The notes under the pieces: generated by a model
Databases searched by the model: none
Seen by the model: only the letters and a program-made list of their open reading frames with translations
What the model was told of the DNA's origin: nothing
Program-made: the position numbers and the translations under genes
Shown here: piece by piece, positions 37,001-51,007 of the stretch
How the letters are laid out: every line of letters begins with the position of its first letter
How positions within the stretch are numbered: the stretch's first letter is position 1
NCBI GenBank assembly: GCA_002633005.1
Contig: NMRA01000076.1
Coordinates: forward strand, 746,748 to 810,747
Source of the DNA: Phoronis australis
Lineage: Eukaryota; Animalia; Phoronida
Direction: 5' to 3'
Length of the DNA stretch: 64,000 nucleotides

Positions 37001-40000
37001 CCGAAATTTGACGATTTAGTAGTAAGTAAGCGCTGCGTTTATTTCAGTGCCTACTGCAACTGAACTGGTTGTGTACCCGTGCTTCTGCTGTTTTCGTTTT
37101 CTGAAACACAAGTGGGGTTTATTTAACAGAGTTGAAGCGGGAGAATCTGCCGCTGAGAAAATTTGTTAGAAATCCAGTAAAACGATGCGATTCTAAACCC
37201 TGGCCAGCTTTTACGCGTAAAATATTAGTTGACCTCAGTGGCCCACACACCTATCGGTTTTATCATCACGTGTCAAGTTGCTATTTTTTAATTATGTTTT
37301 AAAATATTTCAATGGATAAAATTAGAAAGTTTTTAAGGAACCCATGCCATATTATTTATTTGTTCTGATTATTTACTCGATGCGCCTCGTCAAAAGAAGC
37401 CGCAATAGTATTGCTATTGATGAGAAAGTGCGTTTGCATGAAACTTTCAAGATCGCTAAGTTTTGCTGTCCATTACAATACACTGAAGGAGGACCCTAGA
37501 CACCAAGGGATCGCAGAACACTGAGTGGCCTAGTCCGAAACGTGTATATTCCGGGACGTAAAAAGTAAATATTTTGACTAACGTGATTTGAAAATAGTGA
37601 ATATCATGGACAATCTTTCTTTGTTTCGTGTAATTAACCCGATAATGAAGTAGCATTGACCCCTTCATAAATTATGCACATAAATTAACGAGTTCTCATT
37701 CTTCGCTCTTCCGACTAGCCGCCAACAGGAAGTGAGTAAACAATCTCACATAGTTGTGAAGTCGGGGGGTCACCCCGATACACATGGCCATTTACCGTTC
37801 AAACGATTTTTAGACTTGAAAAGAACTGAGAATTCGTCATGCTTCAGACCAGGTTTGCTAAGTTTCTTGTCACGGTTGGTTTGTACGACAGTAAGACTGT
37901 CAGAGCAATTCCAGGCGATTTATTGCAACCATTTTCAATCCTGTGGTACCAAACACACGATAAGAATGTAATGTCACTGCTTTGGACAAACAGATTATAA
38001 GCCTGTGAACAAAGCTAGTGTTTTGACACCGTAGGACACGGTTTATTGGTGCTTTAACTCAGGTTCAGGTGAATATGAAGAACGACCAACGAACCACCCT
38101 CGAAAATAATCCAGTGAGATCAAAGATGTACCTGTGAGGGTATTATTTTAATGATCAAAAGTAATGAGCAATTGTTTCGGTTTTGTCTTATTGTGTAACA
38201 CAATTATACTCCAGCATAGTAAGAGCTTTGTTGGGCCGACGGTTTAGGCTAACCATTGATCTGTATAGGAAATCATTCATTCATTCATACTTTTATATCA
38301 CAATGGGCAATGTACACACGGAGGAGAGTTTTATGAATGAAACTAACGGTTGTAATTGTAAACACAACCTTTCCGTTTATCCATGGGGTTCACTAACAAC
38401 TAGTAAATTTAAAAAATGTCTCAGATACAGTTGCCAAGCATCAGGAGCATTCGTCTCAAATTTTATTGAAATCGCAATGTTTGATACGTATAAATTAATT
38501 TGTTAAGTCGAACGTATGTGCTGTTTTCTAATTTCGAGCTATTAGTTTTCGGTTGACCTTGAGGAAGGTCATTCGCGGTAACAAAGGTGTGCAAATACTT
38601 TGGTAATCAAAAACACAATAATTTGGTTAATGTATAAGCTCTATTCACATGTTAAAAAACTAATTCCATCCGGTTGTGCAAATCAACTAATTTTGAGGAC
38701 CATGTAAAGCATTGTGGGACGCAGCCACAAGTACATAGATACCTATTTTGTCGACACCATTTATTCCCCTGATGAAGGTGTGAAGCGACAGCGAAGCTAG
38801 CCCAGCGATTGCGCATGTACAGTGTACAGAGGTCGTTTTTAATGGTCCGACTAAAGGACTTGAAAAAAGCTTAATATGGTATCCACTTTTAGCTGAAGTA
38901 TGTATAGTCGCAAAATATTCAAATTACAACCTAACCTATGTTTCAATGAAACACCACAACGATTGTAAAGTCGTCTTACGTCACAGAAAACACGTTTGGA
39001 TTTAGACCACTTACCATTATGAAATTGGTTTCAAATTGTGCATCGAATTGAATCAAAGTGGTTTTGTTGACTTTGTACTCCGAATGAACTGACATTTTGT
39101 CATTCCCACAGACCAAGTTCAGATAAATTCAGGTCACACATGACCTGAAATTTTATGATGTTGGTTTGAAGAAATAATGACCTGTCAGTTGTACCCGCGC
39201 CCAGATGTCACTTCTAAACTGAGTAAGGAACAATACAAGACCAACGTTATAACAGTAAGTAAATTTTTTTTTATCGAAAACACGGGTCCAATGCCGCTTG
39301 AATCCTTCATTGGCATAAAGACTTTTGAAAAAAATGTTGCGTTTCGCACTGAAAAAGGCAATAAGCCCTGGCCTAGTTTCAAAACTAAGTTTTAGCTTCG
39401 GCCAATTAGTGTCTCGTACTTTTTGTTACTCAGATTACAAAAGATTTCTTGGCTTGAGAATACCTGACAAGCCGTTATTGCTTAAGACACGAACCCATTA
39501 AGTTGCTTGTCACTTGTCACGCCGGGGTAGTTTCAATCTCATCGCAGTATGACCGACAGAGAACGGCCAGCAGATCGTTTATTCGAATCAGTTCAGTCAA
39601 ACAAAGGGTTGCGATGACTGCTTTTGGAGTGTCAGTAAGACCAAACACGCTTGTGAATAAAGTTGGTGATTTCAGCATCTATATAGCTTCTTTAAAATAT
39701 TACTTGAAATGTTGGATTGGTATTATTGGCGAATGGCCTAAATCACTGTTTCTGATTTTAAGCACGGAAAGGAAAATTCTCCCTTTTGTAGAGACGATTT
39801 ATTTAAAGCGACCACTTTTTATGAGGCCTGCATATATACATTTGACATGAAGTATTTTAAACTGTTGTGAAAAGCTCCCAACCAGTTCTAAGCTATCATG
39901 ATGTGACATTTTGGCACACAATTTGATCATTATTATCCACCCAAGACAGAAGTGCTGTTTCGGCGAGAAAGATAATCCACTATGCTCAAAAGATTTTCCA

Positions 40001-42263
40001 AATTAATCTTTATCCAAAGATGTCGATGAAATAGAAACATTTCGTATTACAAAATTAAATGGCGCAGTTACGTGTAGCAACCAACATGAGATTGGTTCCT
40101 GTCGTGTACCTATTTGTGTTCTTGGTAAGGATTGGTCTTTCCACATTTCTTGTTGACAACGAGCTTTTCAAAAGCAGGCTTAATGGCTTAAAAATCTTAA
40201 CAAATCCTAAAATAATGATGAATACGGACAAACTCGTTAATTTCGTTTGTGTAACACAAACTTTTTAAAAATTGAATAACAACTAAACTAAACTAATTAA
40301 GGCATGAAGTCCGAATTGAGTTTTTTCGAAAATGTACTACAATGAAAATAAACGTGGCAAAATAAAAGAAAGACGAAAAGTCTGGCTAACTTTAAACATT
40401 TTAATTAAATAATATAATATTCATTTAGACAACAGTGAAACATGACTTGTCAGGAACACGTACATGAAATAAATAGGACTTTCTTTACATACAAGTCAAA
40501 TGAAAACAAAAATAATATTATTCAGTAACTAATTAACTGATCAGTCATTGTGCGCTTACATTTACATTGGTAACCAATTGTAGACGTAAAACTGCTGCAC
40601 GACAGCTAAACACAAAATTACGATGCTTCAAGACTGTAAACCCTAATCACTCAACAGAAATTAAGCATTCAATATCTTTACTCAAAAACATTTTCACCTT
40701 GATAGCTATTTTAATGCCCAAAACGTAACGTTTTTCAATGTATTAATGAGGTTGAGCTCTTCATCATACAATTTGCGAACTCATTCTGAAACTGAGCGAA
40801 AGCGCGCCATCACAGGAGGAAAAGGTACACTCGTTTGACTTCGCCGGTTCCGCCGTGCCTACCGGCTGAGACTTCCGGCGTTTAAGCCAATCAGATGCCG
40901 GCAGAACCAGCGAAGACAATGAGTGCAATGAAAGTTTAATGAACATAATCACGCGCGCCTGTATTCAGGATCATCACTTGGCACAGTTCGTTGACACTAG
41001 TCAGTGTAACAAATGTGCTTATGACATTTTAATTACAACACGCCGTGTACTGAGAAGAAAAACGAAGGTTTTTTCAGTAATGCCAACTTCAGCTTTTCTA
41101 GACTAGAGTACCACACACTACTGATAAATTATCACCAGTTTGGTGCTTTCAACGAGAATGTGACAGGCGAATGCAAAACAATTTTAGACATTTAATTTAG
41201 TGTAGGCGACTATAGGCGAGATGCGAAAGACTGGTTGCATACAACATCAAAACTCTTTAACACTGGAATGGTACTATTATGGTATAACGTCAAAAACATA
41301 GGGCGATAGAAATTTTCCAAATAAAAATTTTACGGTTTGCAGAGTTTTACAAAAAGAAAAGTGCTGGTCAGGATTATTTCAGCACAGTTTTGCTTATCTT
41401 CGAAATAAAGTTTACTTTGGAACAATTGGGACCATAAACTCTCTTTACTACACATATTGGTACCAAATCTGTGTCGATGGCACATTTACCGTTTACGTCC
41501 CTGTTTCCGAAAGTACGCCCGGGCTCACACTTGGCGGTCAAAGACTAGTAGTAAGAACATGTCATTTTCTGAATATTCCAACCAGCAACTTTCTGGTAGT
41601 AATTCCCGGTATCAAAACGAATGACGCAGCTATTAATAACTATCATAGAACAGTCACCTAAACCATTCACCAGATCACAATGGCTGCACTTGGCTGACTT
41701 CCCTGACTGACATTCGTAAGCCGGAAGTTGTCATCGAGAACCAATCAGATGTTTTAGCCGGTAAAATCAGCGAAGTCAATGAAATGTACCCAATGAGAAA
41801 CCAAAACAATTAGGCGCGCTAACGTTTAGCTAAGTTGTGGATGTCCAAAATTAGTACGACTAGGATCTAAATAAAACACTTGCACAGCACCGTGACTAGA
41901 GACTTAAAGAATTCCAAAACGTCATCACCCTGAGTTTTCTAAAATTTCACACCCTTACTGTTAAAGAAGAAACTTTTTTATACAACAAGGACAATTTCTA
42001 CCACTTCTATGGTCTCTATTCTTTTTCAAAGACTGTGCACTTTATGCAAAATAATAACATGGTTTTTCAAACAACAACAACGACAACAATGTCAAAAAAT
42101 GTATAGGCGGTAAGACTTAATTTGTCTGGCTATTTCATAGCCTCAATAAAATATAAATTTGTTAATCATTAACAGCACGCGATTTAGGTAAAATACCATT
42201 GGCAAGACCGACATCTAAAACTGACATCAAGAAAACAGTGCTTAACACGACTTCATTGCATCT

Positions 42264-43174
42264 TCATTTCACCGCAGGCCGGTGTAATCCATTCACCATG
42301 GATTCTATGTTTTTCAAGTCATTCAGCGACGTCCGCGCCACGACGGGCGGCGAGCCAGACGCCGAACGCGCCCTTCTCGGTGACGCTACAGCCGATCCTG
42401 CTGATGGTATTGACAGCGCCGACAAAGGACTAGTGTTGGCCATGGTAGTTTTTGTCGGTGTTAGCGAATAGGGGGAGAACCGATGTGCCGACGTGCGTGG
42501 ATGCAGCAGCGATCCCAGAGGGCCAAATGGTGAGTTCTGATGACTCGCAGCCTCTAACATGTAACCACCGTGAAGAAACGGATGTGACGTCAGATTCATG
42601 GCGTTATTGAAGGCCAGACTTTGGCTTAACTGTTCTAGAGCTGATGGATGACTAGAATGTGCTTGTTCTGCTGCATGTATCCCATGATGCATCAGGTGGA
42701 GTGGATGAATGGCAGACCCAGCACCACTAGGGAGCATGAACGGTAAGACAGGCAGCGACAACGGTTGAGTAGAACCTGGCGAGTAGAAACCGCCTGGCTG
42801 GTATAGGTAGGAGAACATGGGGTGGCTGACAGACGGCTGTACCACCGTGACGTTTGGAGGGCTGCTTTCTTTGCTTAAAATCGAGCTTGATTGATTCGAA
42901 GATGTCGTACAAGGCAATTTCGATAAGTCTGGCGATATCGTTCTGCGAGGCTCACTTTCGCCTATCTCCATTGTTGAGGCATCAACAGAAATACGATTAT
43001 CTGGTTCCTGTTCTCCAGCCAGAGGGCTTTTTCCGCGTGATTCGTCGGGAGGATGCAATTTTTCCTGGTTTCGTTCGTCTTCCTGCACTTCTGCTTCATG
43101 GTCAGAAGTGCTCAATCTGGCTTCATCGATGCGTCTTTCCTCCACGTCATCACCGCGAGATTGTAGATTGTCAC
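42264..43174 (-). CDS. Tbx2/3: Tbx2/3 exon 6 (C-terminal region)
   Basis: ttacag|gt-DNLQSRGDDVEERR...HRFSPY...NDLKNIESMVNGLHRPAVK*; RFSPY and terminal L..I..MV.GL motifs typical of Tbx2/3. Confidence 0.92.
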
Positions 43175-43335
43175 CTGTAAGACAGTAATTTATTTTAAGA
43201 TGAATCGTGAAGATTTTGAAAAGTATGATTATCTATGAAAATAACAGTTTCAAAAGGAAGCGTGTTCTTGTCCAATGGCATTATGAAATTGGATAATATC
43301 TGTGTTTTTCACTTGTTGCACCCACTTTTACTTAC

Positions 43336-43448
43336 ATTTTGTTATTGTCGCTTCTTCGTCGACAATGCACACGTCAATATTGTCCTCACCGTCACTGCCT
43401 ACGTCGTCAATATGGCCGTCGGACGAGTGACACTGTGATAGGAGGCGC
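43336..43448 (-). CDS. Tbx2/3: Tbx2/3 exon 5 (acidic linker)
   Basis: ttttag|g-RLLSQCHSSDGHIDDVGSDGEDNIDVCIVDEEATITK-t|gtaagt; bridges phase 2 to phase 1 exactly. Confidence 0.85.
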
Positions 43449-44000
43449 CTAAAATTGGTCAAATGAGGAGATAATTTCATTAAACATAAAAGACTAAACG
43501 CGTATTTTTCATACACGACTGATTAGAGCTGTTCAGCCATAATTTATCATTAGGCAAACATCTAAAATATTTATTACGCCGTGATGTTGTCTGCAACGAT
43601 TTCAGCCAAGCGTTGGCGCATTAACATGGCGACGCGACAACCACGATGATATGTGTCAAGACCCTTTCTTTAACAACAGAATTCAATTATATACTAGATA
43701 GTTAAAAAGGATATTTTTATCGAAACTCGCATCAACCGCGTCATGCCAATTAAGAAATATATGACGCTAACAACCTTTAAAACAATCACTGCTTAACAAG
43801 TAGCGCTAAATAGTTAATCAGGAACGCAGGAAATTGAGAAACGTGCAGCTGCGTCGGACTATATAACAAAGTTCATTTTATGAACTGGCTTCGTGCGTTA
43901 AATTAACACTCTTTTAACTTATGTAACTGATACTCTAATAATTCTTGTAACAGGCTAGTATCGCGCTATAAATGTTCACGTTTTTAGGATCTCTACTCAC

Positions 44001-44077
44001 TTTTTCTCCCGTTTTCCGCCTCCAGTATCTCTAAAGCCTTTGGCGAAAGGGTTGTGGTCAATTTTCAACTGTGTAAT
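44001..44077 (-). CDS. Tbx2/3: Tbx2/3 exon 4 (T-box end)
   Basis: tttcag|[25 protein letters not shown]-aa|gtgagt. Confidence 0.96.
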
Positions 44078-46111
44078 CTGAAAGGAGAAGGCAAAGCACG
44101 AACTGAAAAATTTGCCAACAAAATACCAGGAAATAAAATTAATTCGAGTGGGTAATTAAAAAAACGTGATTTTAAGAGCCAGAATGCAGTCTGAATGAAT
44201 TCGCAGAAATGTCATTAAACACAGTTTAATTATGCAAATAGTGTGGCAATTTGCTCAAGGAAAGGTTGCGTGTCCGTCAGCTATCGGAGGAAGAGACACC
44301 GGGCCACTTGAAGTCTGAGTCGAGAGCAGTTTCGTGCCATGATAGCTTTCAGGCGTTTATTTAAGGATTTTCAAACGGCACTCCAAATGAGCGGACTATC
44401 ATAGTAACACACCGTGTTAACACTGCGATAAAGTCAACTCGAAGATAACAACCTCTTAACTCGATCACAATACCCGGATGATGACAGGCAAGCAATTAAT
44501 GACAAATGATGCGCTGCTCGTGGGACAGAAAATGAACGCGCGGGGAAAAATCATTAATCATCATAACAGTATTATCTGAACAAATATATGATTTCAAATG
44601 CGGAAGGTAGAGCGTGATCACCAGATATTAAATCGCGCACTAAAGATAGCAGGACCCGTGTGTTTCGTTCAATAGAAATTACTGTGGATACGGCTTGTGG
44701 TGTAAAAATGTCAACCTTCGTGGAGACGGAAGGTATTCACTAAACGCAACTGAAAAAAAAAAAACAAGAAACGACGTCGTACCTACATGTATGCAACCCA
44801 AAGAATCAACAAAAGAGCAGCTACTGAAGTACACGCTTGCTCTTACGTCCAGCACGACATTGTAAAGTGATGTAGAGTGTCAGAAATATGAATTAATCCG
44901 CGGAATTGTACACACTCTAATTTATGACACGTCAGATAGTTTGGGCGCTCAGACACCTCCGCAGAGGTTTATCGCTCAGTTCTCGGGTTAACATTCTCCG
45001 ATAATAGCAGATGTAAATTCTCGTTGGGAAACACCAGACGTTGCTCGCGACGACATTTAATAAAAACTCAATAAAAAGCCAAGTAAAGCAGTTTTGAGAA
45101 TTGTTACTTTCTTCGACAGGAATTCTCACCCCCTCTTGATAAGGAACACAGCTTTTCGAAATGTCAAACACATGTTGCCGATTAAAGCGGCTATAAATCC
45201 CGTTCCATCGAAGAGCCTAAATTTTGATAGAGACCACTTACCCACATAAAATCAGTCTGAACTTGCCCCTTACTCAAATGAGAAGCTATTTCGTGGCTTG
45301 CAATGAAATGACACGCCGTCGCAAGTCCAATTGTAGAGCCTGGTCTCAAACAATGATGAGCGGTCAGTTCTTTCCCAGCCGAGAACTGACACCTTTTTTG
45401 GCTAAGTAAATTTTGAGACCAGTTGCATTAATGCAAGGGGTCTAACTAAAAAAATATTCGTGACGTAAGAAGGTGGGTTTGTAACGTCTTTAAGATAATC
45501 TTTATCACCAACGACAACTTTGTTCTTCTCGACATGTAGTCACATAACTCCCCGTGCATAAATTTCTGTGCAGATATAATCTACGGAAACTTAGAGCCTG
45601 GATAGTATCTATGTTGCATAAGCCGTAAATATTGTATTCGGAATCCGAAAGATGGTGCTGTGTGGTTTAAGTACAGGAAGCACGTCGGAGCTACGATCTC
45701 TACTGTTGTCGAGTCGGGCGTCAGACTTATGGCGGTTTTGTCGCCTTGTCTATTAATAACGAATGTCTCTGACACGACAAGGAAAAGGCAGTTTTTAACG
45801 TAACGATGCTGTCACACAGGCAATTAGGAGTTATTGGCGAGGCGCCTCCGATTAACAGCACACTACACGCAATATTCCCAAACTCCATAACCGCACTCTA
45901 ACCTTCTGCTATTCATCACATTTAGTGGATAATTGAAACCGAGTTTGATAATTTATTTATATTTTCCATGTTCTACACTTATCATCAATGCTAGGATTTT
46001 TTCTAATAATTGTTCACGCATTTGTGATATGATGATGATTCGACACGTTCTGCTTAGATAGATATTTACCAAAGGGTGTTGGGAATACTTGAAATAAAAA
46101 TCGCCACTTAC

Positions 46112-46258
46112 CTTTTCGTTTTGATAGGCTGTCACTGCTATGAACTGGGTCTCCTTGAACACATACGTCCGGAACGCACTGTACGGTAACTTGAGAATGT
46201 CGTTGGCCCGAACCAGATGAAAACGAGGCTGGTACTTGTGCATTGAGTTTAATATCGT
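46112..46258 (-). CDS. Tbx2/3: Tbx2/3 exon 3 (T-box)
   Basis: tttcag|[49 protein letters not shown]|gtaagt. Confidence 0.97.
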
Positions 46259-49200
46259 CTGAAAAGCGTCAAAGAAGGAATATAACCAACGTTTTTTATG
46301 CTTAAGTGACACAACAAAAGAATTGTAAACGACGGCTATTGATTAGTAAGTTCCGCCTCGTTCAATTCATTGCTAATACTGCCTTCTAAAAGAAGTCACT
46401 GCATTACACTTCAACCGTACTAAGACCGGAACTGCAAAGTATCAACCCTCTATGGCTAATCATTTCTTAATATCTCAAAGAAATTAAGTTTAATTGTAAA
46501 GATGTTTACCCCAAAGCTATTTCACATTGCGTTCGTGCCAAGAAAGTCTGTCATTAAAAATGAAACCCAAAAATTAACAGTGACAGTCTAAAATTAAATA
46601 AGCACAGAATGTGATACAATTAACTTCAGCGTCTTGTTTTCTAGATGGTTTTCTACCGCAGGCCATGCGAGAAATCGCGACTTTGGGGGTTAATTTTCGA
46701 CGAAACGTTTGCCAAGGGATTCGGATATATTTCGCGAATAGAGCTAAATGTTGTCTTTAATAAAACGATCACTTGTCAATTCGGATAGTTAGCGGACATT
46801 TCTAATCTCGGACGGGTCATTACAAATTAATGTATTTTCCTCCACGACAGAACAAATTCTAGAAAATCGTTAATTTATTCCTGAAAATGGCAAAAACTGT
46901 ATTAAATGTCATTAATGAATTCTCAACACACACACTGTGAACTATGTCGTAGTTTATGTAGATTATCAGCCGCCTGTACATTACTTGGCCGTGGGCTGTA
47001 ATAACGCTAAAATGAAACAATATCATATTCATTATCTCGTGAAACACAATCCCTAACTTATAATGAACAGACTAGACTGATCTTCAGCAAATGCAAAGTT
47101 TAACGGTCTTAACAAAATTTTCAACATCAAATACGTTTTTCCTCACGTAAGCTACAGTGGGACATAAAAATGACGTTAGACAACCATACAAGCATGATTA
47201 TAAAAAGAATTCCCTGTCACTTTGCACGATTTCTATGGTAGTCAGGTCTAGTATCCAGCCATGCTTTATTATTTGAGTAATACCTTGAACCCTAAAGTGT
47301 TTTAAATATTTCTGATTTTACAGACAGTCTCTTATACAACGAAAGTCATTAATTCTTGATCGTAAAAACATTAATTTGAATTAGGTATCTTATTAAGAAA
47401 ATCAAGAGGCGAAAGTCGCCAACTTTACTGCTTTTATATGCTACATTACTAAGTTTTAGACTTTTTGAAGATCTTGTTTCATTTACGAGGCACCTGCTGA
47501 TTACCAATGGCGACAACAGCAATTTTAATCACCTCCCTGCACTAAAGAGCTAATTCGAACGCAACACGAGATCGCGTATTCAAGCACACGGTATCAAAAA
47601 ATGACAGCTTCACCTCAAACTAGACATAAAACATTCACACCTCATCCCTTTCCATAGATTCCTCTGCAGCTCAAATGTCAAATCAACGTGTCTAATGCAC
47701 GCGCCTTGCCAACAAAAAATGAGAAACTAATTTAAGAATTCTTGACTGACGACCGACGCGGTTAACAGGGATCACGTGCAGACGATATTCAGAGAATCTC
47801 AACAGTTGTAAAATTGTTAAAAATCAGTCAGAAGTTGTGAACAGAAATAATGTACTGGTGTGATTGGGCTTCTACTGCTCATTTTGTTCAGGCACCGATT
47901 CACAAACAAAGTGTGTGAGACTTGACATAAATGGATCATAAAAAAACACACCGGAATCTTGTGTTTTGCGGCACCGCACAGTCTCGGGTAATTAAGAGGA
48001 GGCTATCGAAACTTGTGCATTTTATGTCAATTTTATATTCAACCCCCGTCAGAGCAAATATCACGGTTGGAAGTGTTAAAAACCAGATTTTCCTGCGGCG
48101 ATACGGCGGCGCTATGCACTGGGTATAGATTACGTCTCCGGCTCGGAATTCGGTAATAAAATGAGCACCGACTTGACTGTGAAGTACAAGAGAATGGTGC
48201 TTAGTAGTGGTGCGCCACGTGACTTAAAATGAGGCACGTTTTTGTTAATTTTCTGAAGAATGGCAAGACTTTTTATAGTCTGTTGAAACTAATGTGTACT
48301 ATGTGAGCAAAAGCGATGATGAACAAAAAGAATTTAGTTCATTGTGCACAGATATCTGGCAATCAGCATACAAATATACAAATGTGTATGATAAGCAGAC
48401 AACTAAAACCTGACAATTTAAGACAAAATGTCAGTCAAACTGCCCATCATGAGTTTTCATGAAAATGACAAACCGACGGTCTTGAAATAATTGGTGAATG
48501 TCTTCGGCGTCTTAAAAATGGCAGATAAGATTAATATAGGTATCTTTGGTAGAACAAGTATTTTGAAGATGTCGAGCAAACAATTATGCAGACGAAATAT
48601 GCGTGAAGCATATTTGGTAGGCGGGAATCAGACGATACAGCACAGCAGACGAGACAGTGTCAGGCGAACTATTTTCGCCACAGTAGCGCTACACTCGGGG
48701 TGTCAGGTTTAACTACACGATCTTTATCTTAAATGCGATGAGTCGTCATTAAATATTTTATGAAGCCAACGCTGTGGCGCCGGGGGTATGCGAGAGACGA
48801 TCATCATCCGCGACAAACAACTACTAACACTCGTTGTCTTATCTTCGCGTAGATGTGCCCGGACTACGTGTCACCTATTCGCGCATGCGGAATTCGTGTT
48901 CCTGTGAAGAATGCAACAAACTTCGTTCTATAACGCCTTGATCTAGTTTAAACTTTACAGACCAATCATTGTTTAATGATTTGACGCAGCAAGACAAGTC
49001 ACAAGTTCTTGATATTGGAACCCGCTCACCACCTCACTTTGCTCAAAAGAGAGAATCTGCCATTTGTTTAGCTTGATTACCAAGGCGTAAAATTACGTGG
49101 CACATTTCATTAAACTTATCCATTACTGAAATAATATACCGAAGGCATGTAAAGTTCTCATCGACATCTTTTTCTGGAAGATACCAGCAGAGATGTTTCC

Positions 49201-50593
49201 TATGGCATATGTCATCGGTTACGCAACAAATGCCTTTTTCAAGTATTCTAATGAAGCCGGATTAATCAGTCTTTATCACCTACAAAGCTATCCGACAATA
49301 TTATAAATGAAGATGCTGAAAACGTTAACGAGGCGAGAAAGAATTTTGACAGGTGATCGCGGAATAGGTTCCAAAAAATCAATTAATTAGAGACAAGATT
49401 GGAGACCTGCAGGCGTTTTGCAGTCTGGGTGAACGCAATGAATCTTCGCAAATCTGCCTCTGCACTTCACGCGTGCTATATTAACAATCACAACCTTTGT
49501 ATTGAAAATGGGCGCGATTTTATCTATGGGGCACAGGTGTTAGAGTTGATAATTTTCTACTAATTTGTGTTTAGTTTATGCATAATTAAAACGCTGCTTT
49601 CAAAACCATTCAAAGCCAGGGTGTCGCGATACAAAACAATGTTCAACCGAACTAATCCATTGTATACAAGTTATTTAACGTCCAGACTTTAAGAATCGTT
49701 TCATTTCTAGTACCTCTTAGTTTCAAATCTATATCATTACTTTAAATAAACTCAAAACATAATTAGTAGACAGGAGTTTGTCGGAAAGAGGAATATCTGC
49801 GATCATTTGAAACGAAAATGATGAATTTGTTGTCCTTAAAAGGGGGCAAATTCCTTGTTTCTGAATCTGATTTTTATCACTTTGACTGGTTTTGAATTGA
49901 TTGAAATAGGAACTAGACAATACTTGAGATTTTTTACAGTTTTGAATTTCCCGCAAACGTCGAGGATACTTGACTAGCATTTTCACACTTTTCTGGTGAC
50001 ACCGCTTAAAAATTTCCGCGATTTTTGTACCCGGATCAAAGATCATGGTTCGTTTCAAGAATAACAATACTAACTAATTTAATCATCTTTTTTGCCAAAC
50101 TCTTGTCCAGTAACTTTAATCTTCCCAACTCAAACGCTACTTTCTTTAAGATGAGTTCATTTCAATAAAACAAACAGAGTCACTTTTATCCACATATCAC
50201 ATCAATATTTCAGCCACCAGTATGTTGAAATGGACGTGTGCTCTCAAGCGAATTGTTTTACATAACGTATATGCACAGCAAACACTAGATCTTCACTCCG
50301 AGGCGAGATTAATATCAAAGGATGCCGTGAAACGTTATAAAAGCCTTTATCGGTATCATCGCTCACTTCATTTTACTTCATACCTGGGAGAAATGACCTT
50401 TGTCTATGTAGGATTTGCAAACTTTGAAATAAAGAGATTCCAAACATGTCAAATCACCTAAACTGAAAACACTGCTGGAACAGACATTTTGGGCTAGGAA
50501 TTAATACAAGACATGAAGTCTCCTTAAACACACGGTTGGTTTAGATTTTTTCAGTTTAATCGCCAAATAAATCGAAGTTAAGTCACGTGTTTA

Positions 50594-51007
<414 letters not shown>

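Noticed and set aside
42199-43438. Plus-strand ORFs antisense to Tbx2/3 exons 5-6
   Set aside because: Expected shadow ORFs of GC-richer coding sequence.
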